Below are positions 51,243 through 62,102 of a stretch of 64,000 nucleotides of DNA, in pieces. The stretch comes from Podarcis bocagei (taxonomy: Eukaryota), in assembly GCA_964188305.1 (NCBI GenBank), contig OZ076890.1, one strand, 5' to 3'. The position numbers and the translations under genes were made by a program. Under the pieces are notes generated by a model. That model had not been told where the DNA came from. It searched no databases and worked only from the letters and a program-made list of their open reading frames with translations. Position 1 is the first letter of the stretch, and each line of letters begins with the position of its first letter.

Positions 51243-51330
51243 CATTCACCATCTGTTCCACCAGGGCCTCAGCTGATCTGCTTGCATCTTGGAGTTTCCT
51301 GTACTTCTCAGGCTTTTCTCGTTCGATGGC
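51243..51330 (-). CDS. DMD: Dystrophin exon 19 (88 nt)
   Basis: tgttgcag|GCC ATC GAA; AIEREKPEKYRKLQDASRSAEALVEQMVN; AATG|gtaatt. Confidence 0.97.
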
Positions 51331-51473
51331 CTGCAACATGAGAGCAATAGTTGACTATTTCACAAGGAAGACATTTTAAAAATGAGTTATAACCTGCTGA
51401 ACAAGAACCTAGCGCTCATGGTTGCATAGCTATGATTAAAACAAACAATAGCTGTCCCTTTTACAGCTAATAA

Positions 51474-51605
51474 GGGACACGGATGGCACTGTGGTTTAAA
51501 CCACTGCACCACTTGGACTTGCCAATCGGCAGTTCAAGGCCCCACGACGGGGCGAGCTCCCGTTATTCAGTCCCAGCTCCTGCCAACCTAGCAGTTCAAA
51601 ATATG
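51474..51605 (+). mobile_element. Sauria SINE 5' part (degenerate)
   Basis: gggacacggatggcactgtggtttaaaccac...gagctcccgtt...ccaacctagcagttc; a matching 3' end with ccctttaccttt lies at 52110-52160. Confidence 0.75.
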
Positions 51606-53179
51606 CTGAGTCCTTTCTGGACTGAGCTAAAGGAAGGTTGCCTGCTGAATAGTGGCAAGGAAGCAACTCATCAGGAAGCAAATCTTACTTGTCCCATGTG
51701 AGCAGTTCTGTCCAAGGCCAAGGTAAGCCTCAGATATTGAAAGTGTACATTACAATTATTCAGCAATTCATATTATTAAATATTTTCAAGAGATTATTTA
51801 TTTTATATAGAAAGTTAACATGAATAATTCAGATCATTGCTTTATACATCTGATTTTTCATAAGTATAAAATGTTATTCTCATAGCACAGGAATATTAAA
51901 AAGCATAAAAGGAGATGATAAAAGATGAAATGTTGGTACTCTGCAATGTTCCACACAACCTTGCAGATCTGCTTACTAAAATCGGGACAAGGCAGCGCAG
52001 GATTCCTGCTTCTTTAGCAGGTGTGCTAGAAGGAAACTTTCAAAAAGGCATACAATCTTTCTGCTGCCATGGAGGAAAAGCTCAGGTTCTGAATTATTAA
52101 GCTAATAAACCCCAGAGTCGTCTGCGATTGGACCTAATAGTCAGGGTTCCCTTTACCTTTTTAAGGCTAGATAAGAGTAGTTCAAGTCCCACAGGCTAGC
52201 TAACAAACCTACTGGACTGAAATATCAAATGCACATAGTTTTCTAAACAAACAAAACAGTTTCCAATTAGGTAGTTTGTGGAAACCACTGAGATAGCATG
52301 ATAATGAAAAGTGCACAATAGTAACACTACTTTGAAAATGTAGGCCACATAGAAAACAGAATTTTCAGGAAACACCAAGCTGTGCATGTAATATCTCGTT
52401 CTGCATTTTTACAAAATTAGCTGTGTATGTAAACACACGGGTTCCTTCAAACATCATGTGCAGGAATATTTACTGATCCACCACATTTAAAGGCATAGCT
52501 GTACTGAATTATGCATAACATGGCTTTTTGGGTTTATGTTTTTACAAGCCAGTTGTAAAAGTGCTTGATGATTAAAAATCCTGGCAGATACATTCATTTC
52601 TACCCTTAAGAAGGAGGAGGACTGGAACCAAAACATTGCTTTGATGGATCTGCTAGTCCAGATTCTGTTTCTAACAGTGGCTGGCCATATGCACAGAACA
52701 TGACTGCCTTGTGTTCTTGCCCCCAGCACCTGACACCGAGAGGTGCACTGTTCCTGAGCCATGTACCATCCATTCAACTATATCAGCTCATAGTTGCATA
52801 TCATATCCATTAATGGATATGATATGTCAACTCATGGGCATGATTTTTCAAAATTCATGTTTTGAAAAATGGCATTTACCTGTACTTTCCTCGTTTTTAT
52901 GCATTGCCTTGGATGTTTGTCAAAGCTGCAAACAGTGAGTTTTACATTTCGTAGCACTCACTCTGTCCTGTATACAAACAATGCAGCTAGGATGGGTGAC
53001 AGTAAAGCTTTGAGTTAAAAATTTCCCTTTCTTAAACTCAGGCTAGAGAGCAACACATGGCTGTTTAACACTGGATGGTAAATAGTCAAACACAAGTTGT
53101 ACTTCAAGAGACATGGTTTTCTAGCAAACTTTTTCTGTGATTCTAATATAAATTGTTAAGTATATGAATATTTTCCTAC

Positions 53180-53303
53180 ATTAACTCTTTCTCTGAGGTC
53201 TGACAGGTTCCCTTCTTTTCTGTATATTGCAAACTCTGGGCTCTGGAGTACAGCTTCTGAGCGGGTCATCCAGCTGTGAAGCTCTGTTGTATCAGCATCA
53301 AAC
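53180..53303 (-). CDS. DMD: Dystrophin exon 18 (124 nt)
   Basis: ctcttag|G TTT GAT GCT; FDADTTELHSWMTRSEAVLQSPEFAIYRKEGNLSDLRERVN; AAT|gtagga. Confidence 0.97.
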
Positions 53304-55979
53304 CTAAGAGGGAGAGAAAAAGAAAAAGAAAAACACACAGGATATTTCTAAGACATACTAAAGCTAACACCAGATGTTTAAACCAGAAGTATGAATTAAA
53401 ACTGAAAAAGAGCTATCATAATTACAGACATACACACAAAAAGGCTTTAAATAGTCTGCGTTCCTGAATATATCACACAATCTGTTAATATGGCAGGCCT
53501 TTTATAAATGTATAAATGCATTCTAATTTAAGAGGTTGATCTGCCTTTAGTACAAATACAACTCCAGTTTCACATGCTGAATTTCAGGGTTTAAGGTGGG
53601 ATTTTAAGTTATTTTAATGTAGTCCCCCCCCCCACGTATGTGTAATAAGGTTACTCCCTACCTTCAGCTGGGAGTGGGTTTGTTCCAGTCCAGTAAGGAA
53701 GTCTTGTGTGGAGGAGGGGGCCTCCACCCATTGCCTGATGGACCAATAACGTCAGGGGGAGGAGCTGGCATATAGCAGCTTGCTCAACACCTGAGTCTTT
53801 CTTCTCTGCTTTGCAGTAGCACCCTGCCCTCTCACCCTTCATCAGAGATGAGCGCTGCAACCCCAGAGTCGCCCACTACTGGACCTTACCTTTACTAAGA
53901 CCTTTATTAAGAGATGCTTGCAATTTGACTTGAAAAGATCAGGTGTATATTTCATACAAATTAAAATGAGGTTCTTAAAAATCTGAATTTGACCAGATCG
54001 GAAACAATTAAAAAACAATTTTAAAAAGTTGTATTGAGGGGAAAACAGGCCTTTAAAAAAAACATCTGTCACTCCAAAAAGGAGACCACTTTAGGTAAAA
54101 GTAATAAAAATCCCATGCTGCATAGATAACGGAGAGAGTTTGAGTTCTCTGGTCAACAGCAAAAAGCAAGCACTTAAGGTCTTCAGTTCATTTCTTATTG
54201 CTGGAATTTCATATTCTCTCTTCTTTTCCCTGTTCCTCACTACTTGTATCATTCTCTCTCCCTTTCTGCAGAGGCCTTCTAGGAGCAATCCTCCAGAAAA
54301 CAAACAGGTAAGTGACGACAGCTATGATACAACACATAATCCCAAAGGGAGAAGCTGTGGTGTGACAAGGAGCCACATATCCAACCTATCCAGAGACATA
54401 ACTAGAAAGTGGAAGATCACAGTAGAATATTTCCAATAACATATGGCTCATGAATCATATGCAGTTGCCTATGGCTAAAATATTCTACTAGACTGTTCCT
54501 GATTCAAATTGTCGGAATCTGGCTGTCAGCTACTGTTTATTGTTTTGAGCAAAGTGGTACTGTATGGAGCATGGAAATATTGCTGCGTGATTTTCAGTAG
54601 GAGCCGAAGAGCAAAAATTCAGAGCACATTAAATCAGTAGCATTAGTCATATTACTCTATTTAAAAATATATTTTATTTTGGCTGTACTTAAATCAGCTG
54701 CTTATTTTGTAAAGAGAACAAGATATTTATCTAAAATTCACTAAATGAGAAGACACTAGATGGAGCACCTATCCTGCTTTAAATATACATCTCCTTTTTC
54801 AAGAGGCTTGGCAGCTAGTTTCTGATCTAGAGTTATCTACAATGACGCTCTGACAAACAGTCTTTGTACAGTGACATGGAATAGTATATGTACAGAGCAA
54901 TTTTAGCTATGGTCTAAAAGTGTATCATTCACAAGTATTTCAGAGGTTGTAAGTATCAGAGGGTAGAATTTAAAAAACATATTTAGTATTTTAGCTTATT
55001 CAACAGCAGGAAGAATAAAAAAATAGCAGAAATTTCTGTGGGAAATTCTTCTGGGATGCCCCAGGTGAAGAAAGAAAAATCTTGTGTTCATCAGTGATTT
55101 TCTATTCTTCTTGCAGGAAGGCTGGAAAAGCATCTCCTCCAGGACTGGGAAGGCAGTTTCCAGTTTCTTTCTAGAGGAGAGTCCTCCTCCTCAATCCTCA
55201 CATACTGAACCACTGAAGCATTCAGGAAAAAATGTAAATCCTCACCCGTCCCTCATACACAAATGTTTTTAAAAAAGGAGTAAAAATGAAAATGAAATAA
55301 TACTATAGTAACAATAAATAACATAATATTTTACTTCATACTGAGCTCTGCATTCATGCTATATCTCGATTGGCATTTATTTTACTGGGTAGAAGAGTTG
55401 TCAAGAAAAAAAGAGAATGTTTGGCAAGGTTTGTGAGATTTATCTGCAAGCGGTCCTTAGTCCCCTTTTCAGAACTGCAATCCCCCAGAGTTCACTTTGG
55501 GAAAGCCATGATTGATGATGGGCAAGTTTTAAGGTCTGCACTAGATGTTTTGAAGCAGTTTTAGGTCTGCATGACTGATGCTTTGAAGCTAGGTTGATCC
55601 AGAATAAAAAACTGCTGCAGCTGCACCCTCTTTTGTTCTCCTTTTCATGGGAGGTTTGAATACAAGAGCAATGTTCTTAAAGACATATGGAGACTTGCAG
55701 TCATCCTGCATGTAAAAGAGGCTCAAAACATATTTAGCTTTTTACAATTGGTTCTCATGGTCCATATTAATTTGAATTTCAGACATGCCTAGTCCATCCA
55801 GTGGTTGAAGATAGTAACTTAATTGTAAACCACAGCTATTGTTTCTGTCTCCATCCTACTCTTATCCTCTTCCAGTGTTCCTAAGCAAAACAAAGGGCCT
55901 GGCACAATACAGTCTTTCTTATCTTCATTTGTTTCAGAGGCTCTTTCATTGTGGAACTCAAGGCAGAAAAAGCACACTT

Positions 55980-56245
55980 GTACTGTACTTACCTGAAATG
56001 TAGTATCCCATTCCCAGCAGAAGGTCAGGTTGTTGCCTCCACATCTCAGTGGAAGGGAGGCAGCAACCTTTGGGGAGGTGGGGCTCCCATGATGCAGTTT
56101 GCAGACTCGGCAAGCTTGAGAAAATCAGGAGGCATAGAAGAAAATCCTACCTCACAATGTACCGTAACTAAGGGGTGACTATAACTGGACATGCAGTCAA
56201 GCTAACCATGGAAAACTACATTTCAGGTAAGCACAACCGTACTTT
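55980..56245. mobile_element. DIRS-like inverted terminal repeat remnant
   Basis: Perfect 17-bp inverted repeat cttacctgaaatgtagt (55988-56004) / actacatttcaggtaag (56215-56231), adjacent to a tyrosine-recombinase-like fragment. Confidence 0.55.
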
Positions 56246-56326
56246 CCCCCCATTCCCAGTATTCAGTCAGCAGGATGGAAAGTACAACAGCTTACTAGGG
56301 TGAGAAGGCTGCAGGTATTAAGGTGG

Positions 56327-56484
56327 TAGGATCTGCTGTAGGACCCTCCAACCAAATATTGCATTAGCCAAGGCACAGGCATCCAGGTGGAAATGCCCTG
56401 TAATGGTACTATACTAGGTGCAACCCCAGTGGTTGCATGGCAAATCTTCGTAAGAGGAATGTGAAAGGCGAAGGCAGCCAAATC
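56327..56484 (-). mobile_element. DIRS tyrosine recombinase C-terminal pseudo-fragment
   Basis: AAFAFHIPLTKICHATT, frameshift, then GHFHLDACALANAIFGWRVLQQIL; resembles recalled DIRS YR ending ..ICRAATW..TF.RHY.LD..AS.DA.FGRRVLQ. Confidence 0.65.
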
Positions 56485-57316
56485 TTATTGCCTTTGTTGG
56501 AATCATCACACAGCTAAATGTGTTTGTGATGTCATCCTGCTGCTTAATTCAGATGTGGGGATTATTGTATTAGTATTCCTGCTTGTAATGCTTGCCTCTG
56601 CCCTGGTTTCTAATGTTCCTTTAACACTGGATTACCTGTTGCATTGTGGAGCTGTGGCTTTTTGAGCAATATACTGTCATGTCACACTAAATTCCATCCA
56701 CATCAGTGAGCGTGATGGGACACAACAGCGAACGTCATCAGACATGTTATCACCCTTTAGGCACATGCATGATTCTGTTCCCCTTTGACAATGGCAGGAA
56801 ATATCTATATGCCAGAATACCACCTCAATGCAGACCAGAGTCTTCTGTTTTTCGTGTGGTTATGATAGCCTTTTCACCTTTATGTCTAGTTTGAACCATG
56901 GGTGGGTGGCATGATCTGTAAAAACTGCAGGGAAATTACAGCACAACACTCCCACAATTTTACAGGATAATGGGGTTGCAAGCAGATTTTTTTCTGGAAG
57001 CAATTAACATGGAAATGAGTGCTGAACTTCTGCTACATTCTGCTAGATTTCCAGATGTGATTTTTATGTCACAAGAAAGATTATATAAACCATTAAAATT
57101 ATCAGGTAATCCAGTTAGAAACAAAGCCTGCTTTATAGAAAAGAATACACCACTGATTTAAAAGATAACATTAAACATTTAAACATTTGCACTTTAATTT
57201 AAATCTTCAACATTTACACTGTCCTGATATTGCAGTATATAAATACTTCTATTTTCTTTTTTTATAATGTTGATGAAAAAATATTTCCTCATCTAAGCAC
57301 TTTCCCCACTCCTCAC

Positions 57317-57492
57317 CTTTTCCTAATTTCAGAATCCACAACTATTTGCCTCTTCTTGTGGGGCGGTGGTGGTGGGAGTTCCTCTTTAGCATGCTTAACC
57401 AGGATTTGCTCTCTGGTGGTCACCATAGTTACAGTTTCCATCACTGTTGTCTGTGTTAGTGATGTCTGAGTGGTAGCAACAGCCTGTGAAAT
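57317..57492 (-). CDS. DMD: Dystrophin exon 17 (176 nt, hinge 2)
   Basis: ctcacag|ATT TCA CAG GCT; ISQAVATTQTSLTQTTVMETVTMVTTREQILVKHAKEELPPPPPHKKRQIVVDSEIRK(R); AAAG|gtgagg. Confidence 0.97.
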
Positions 57493-58149
57493 CTGTGAGA
57501 AGTATTGAAACAGAGGTCACACATTGCTTGAAAGACTTTAATAAAGACTGTTTGGAGTGGCAATAGAAAATAATGAGAAACTGCTCTTCCTTGTTCATGG
57601 GTTGACCTTCAGAACAAAACAACACTGTATTGAACTCAAGCCAAATTGTTTTATCTGACTCATGCTAGGTGAATAAGACATATGAAAAAGTCAATATAAA
57701 AATCAGGAGGAAACTTAAATAGAATGTATTTATGATGCAATTTATACCAAGTCAAGCAAACAAAGGTGAAAGTGAGAAGTTGGATTTTGTGAAACAAATT
57801 AGAGAATATGTATGTGTTCATTCATATTCTTTGCTTCAACAGCTGGCTACTTCAGCAGACAAAAGGCATATAGCTTAGAAAACTAACTGAAGTAAAGAAG
57901 AACCTATTACATATTCACAACCACTCAATTTATTTTGTGTGTGTTTCTTAAATGACCTGTGCTCATTTTTGCTAATGGAACAGTTTTTTAGACAAGAAGA
58001 AGCATTCTTGATGGCATTAATGACTCTTTTTCTTGCCCTCCTGGGCAACATTTTCCTGACACATAAGAACAAAGCATACCAGATGTTACTGTGGTAGAAC
58101 ACACGACGGTTCTTTCTACAGACCTCATGCTAGTCAAAGTTCCCCTTTG

Positions 58150-58356
58150 GTAAATCTACACCATACATTTAAAGCACATTTGATGTACATATAAAGCACA
58201 TGGCTTCCTGGATGTATCCTGTGAACTGTAGTTTCCCCCTCAAAGAACTACAGTTCCCAGAACCCTTAACGAAGTACAGTTCAAAGGATCCTTTGTGGGA
58301 AGCCATGTGCTTTAAATGAGCATTGAATGTGCTTTAAATGGATGGTGTGGATCCTC
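58150..58356. mobile_element. Foldback MITE (Harbinger-like family assignment tentative)
   Basis: atctacaccatacatttaaagcacattt ... aatgtgctttaaatggatggtgtggat inverted arms with inner aaagcacatggcttcc / ggaagccatgtgcttt; related fragment at 62929-63005. Confidence 0.75.
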
Positions 58357-60400
58357 TCTTGGTCTCAGTACCATAAAAAGCTTAAGTGAATTGGAGTTCA
58401 GTATGTGGAAACGAAACAAGTAATACATGCTGGGTGAAGAAAACCCTACCCTGTGTCTAGTGTGCACAGCAATGTAATAAAACGACTTGAATGGCAGCTG
58501 GGGGGAACAACCCTGTTGTGTTGCAGACTGCTAATGTGTACATAGCCTAAGTTATAAAAGGCAACTACTAGCCTGCTTGTAACTTGAGTTTGCAGTGCTT
58601 GGCACTGTCAGGGGAACAGTCAGCCCAGGCTATTCCCTGCAGTGATCTTAATGGCTTGGGCTTGGCTGTGTTCAGTACATGCAATCCTCAGTTGCAAAGG
58701 CAACCCAACTTAGCCTCAGACACCCCATGAGAAGTGGTTCCACTAAATTGCATAGGGAGATAATCTATAACAAAACTATGATGGAAAGAAAATTATTGTG
58801 AGAATAGGTCACCAACTGCAAAAGAACCTGTTGTTCTACAATTTTTTTACAGACTGGATTACCTCTTGCAATTTTTGCAGATGCAGCTATCAAAGGCAGG
58901 CCGGGATAGGTGCCTACTTGAGCTTGACAGCTTGATTTTTGAAGGTTTTTTTTTTTAAAGGGAAGGAAGGGCGAAACTGGTTTTCTGTGGCTTGGATTAA
59001 TGGGCTGGAAAATAATTCAGTGGCTTGAAAAGCCTGCCTTGCTAGCTGTCCCAAAACATATTCAAGTGGCATCCCTTACTATTAAAAACATGCCTTCGCT
59101 AATGCTTCATGCAAATTGATGAGTGCTAAAAGTTTATTTCTCAATTTCACAAGGAGATAAAATCCCTGGCATTCTTCTACTTTGTAGTAAACAGTAAACC
59201 AGTCCAAAAATGGAGGCAATTTGCATTCAGATAATTTAAATGTGCAGCTTGTGAGGTTTTCCCTGACAGGCCAAATATCAATTTATTAGATCAATAAATT
59301 AATGCCAAGAGGTAAGAAACAGCAGATTTATCAGATTCTGCCTTCAGATGTTACCTTTATGTTGCAGTATGTATAGCAAAATGATGAGACCTACTCCATA
59401 GCCCTAACCCATGCAAAACACAGCATTGCGAAATTTGTAGCAATGTTCAAAGAACATTTGGGAGTTTTTTCTCAGCCAAACAGCTGAGGATTTTTGAAGA
59501 AGCCCATCAAGTTTTGATATGTTTAACAAAAATCATGAATGCAGTTCTGAGCATCTATATGCTGGCACCAAATTTCATCTGAAGCAATATTTGAAACAAA
59601 CAGCTTCATTGGCAATATTGGGAGTGGCTTCGTACTCCTATTTAAATTAACAAACGTTAAAGTCACTCTACTAATATTTGGAATGGAGCGTACATAAGAA
59701 ATTGCACACAATTTTATTTAACTGGTGCTGAACCTTAAATTTGCTACCCAGCAAATTAATGATTTATTAGATTGGCTATAGAGATCTCTGTTCCATTTTC
59801 TATCACTAACATGGTGTGGCATCTCTATAGTAACCATTTATCAGCAATGGTAGTAGTAGCGACCCTATTTCCCTCTCCTTACACGTGAGTAACTGTTAAC
59901 CTTGAACAAGCATGTGGGTGTCTCTATCACATTTGGTTTTTATGGTTTTTATGGCAGAGGCATCCATTTCTTATACTACAACAAAGCCTGAATCCAACAA
60001 AATCCTTAAAAGATGGAACCAGAAAATTGTGTGTGCACTTGCACATGTAAAATATAAACGTGCATGTGCCAGTCTACCCTCATGATACACATTAGTTCAC
60101 ACAACAGCTTTTATCAAGGTAAAAAATGAAGAACCCCCTAACTGTGCAAAAGGTATTTGGAGAACCAAAAATATTTCATGAACTTTTTGTGAATATCTGA
60201 AAGCCTGGTGAGGCAGAGTGGAAAACCCTGTGGAAATGAAAGGACAGGTTTCACACACCCCTATTCTAGTTCAGAAGAAGCTCATGTCTAAAACAAACTC
60301 AGAATGAAAAAGATTTGAAACTTTGCCAATTTCACTTCAGTCACTTCACAGGCATATGATTTAACTGTCATCAGCTGACAGGACAATAGTGATGACAAAC

Positions 60401-60580
60401 CTGCTTAGAACTGCTCTCCAGTTTCTGTGCCAAACTATCCCAACGCTGAGCCACATTTTCCAACCAACCTTCCAGCTTTTGAGATAGTGCTTTACTCTTC
60501 ACAGCTGAAAGGAGATCTTGGCTGAGTGAGTTGAGTTTATCCATAGTCTTTCTCTTGATTTCCAGTTCTCCTTTTAGTAT
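60401..60580 (-). CDS. DMD: Dystrophin exon 16 (180 nt)
   Basis: tattttacag|ATA CTA AAA GGA; ILKGELEIKRKTMDKLNSLSQDLLSAVKSKALSQKLEGWLENVAQRWDSLAQKLESSSKQ; CAG|gtttgt. Confidence 0.96.
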
Positions 60581-62030
60581 CTGTAAAATAGAAGAAGTCA
60601 TTCAGGAAATGTAATATTAATTAATTAATTGATATACTGGTACATCTTAAAAAGAGCAGGAACTGGTAAAAATATGATATGTTGTGTACAATGGGCAAGA
60701 AAATAAACTGTATTCCAAAACATCTGGTAAGCAACAGGTGGGGGAGAAGATTGGACTACACAAGCATCTAGACTTAATGCCTCTGTGTCATATTCTGGCG
60801 CTCCTAAAGAATTATTTTATTAAAAAGTGTAGCTTACTGCACAGTCCTTCTTGCAGCTACAACTATGAAAGCATGATTTACTGTAAAAAGGAATGTTGTT
60901 ATAGTGAGACCATTAGAAATTATGAGCAACACGTGTTTTTCGGTATAAATGTACTAGACTAACTGAGTGCATTTTATGATTTGTTACCGCAATAATCCTA
61001 CAATATAAACACTAATGTTAAAAATAAGTTAATGCAAGTATATTCACTAATATACATGCAAAGCAGCAATTCTAAGCAGATTTTCATAGATGACCTTTAA
61101 ACTAATTGAGTCCCAAAAGACATTTAAATGACAAATGAAGCAGACTTTTAAATGTTAATATGGAATGAAGTATGTGATACAACCCCCTCCCCATTATTAT
61201 TATGAAGGTGACTACTGGTTGTTTGGGGAGAGTATCTGAAGCTCTGGCCTAAACCAGCTTGGGTTGATGAGATTTATAGTCCAAAACATCTTGAGGGCAC
61301 TAGGTAGGCTGCACAAAATTAGCAAATAAAAACTTACTATATTACAGCCTAGGAATTACAAACCAATATAATTCTCCAGATATAATTTATCCAGAAAAAC
61401 AGTTAACACTGCTATAATTTCCAGATTTAACATTACTTTGCTCATAACAGAGATGCTGTGATGTTGTCTATGTCATTTGATGATTTTTTCCTTAAAAAGA
61501 AAACTATAGGCTTCTAACATAGTCCAGGTTATCCAGATGCTACTGATACTCTTGGTGTTAAATAAGAGTCAGTGAGAAAACTCTTGGAAATCCCTGTGTA
61601 TTCTTCAACTTATCTTCACACTTACCCAGAATTCATAATAAAAAAAATTAAGTGGGAAATGAGAAAAAAAGGTTATGTTTATCAACAATAACTTCATATT
61701 GGTAATCAACCTAATGAGTCAGTCGGAGTTGACTGGAAAATGTTTTTGAATCAATATTTTTCTTTTTTACACTGAACACAATAATCAAGTATGCCATTTT
61801 ATTCATTTATGTATTTTTAAAATAGATATCTATAACTTGCCCTTCAGTAAGTACCAAGGCAGCACACAGTAAACATTAAAACATCATTTCCAATAAACAC
61901 TAAAACAACAGTAAATCAACATTTAACATCTATATGAAAGTGCTGTGGAAGGTAATCCTGAAATTGGCTTGCGGATGATACTCAATTTTTAATCTCATTT
62001 TCATCTCATTTTAGGGAGGCAGTTGAAGTG

Positions 62031-62102
62031 CCCCAGCCACTCTGGGCAGCTTCCAGCATATATAAAAACATAGTAAAACATTAAACCTTAAGAAGCTTCC
62101 CT
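62031..62102 (-). mobile_element. L2 LINE 3' UTR fragment
   Basis: ccccagccactctgggcagctt is the reverse complement of the L2 end at 9440. Confidence 0.65.

Larger units (their letters stand above)
4966..60580 (-). other. DMD: Dystrophin gene, internal segment (exons 16-34 by human numbering); gene continues beyond both window edges
   Basis: 19 exons with AG/GT boundaries. Lengths 180,176,124,88,242,181,146,213,114,156,171,183,135,150,162,111,174,156,171 match recalled human DMD exons 16-34 and sum to 3033 nt in frame. Hinge-2 ELPPPPPHKKRQIVVDSEIRKR and the Dp260-type exon favour DMD over utrophin. Confidence 0.98.

Noticed and set aside
56700-56890. Gypsy RNase H-like fragment on the minus strand
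   Set aside because: Similarity is too degraded to call without a search.
4966-60580. Utrophin (UTRN) as the alternative identity
   Set aside because: Exon lengths, hinge-2 wording (VDSEIRKR) and the RNLSYKK first exon fit dystrophin.
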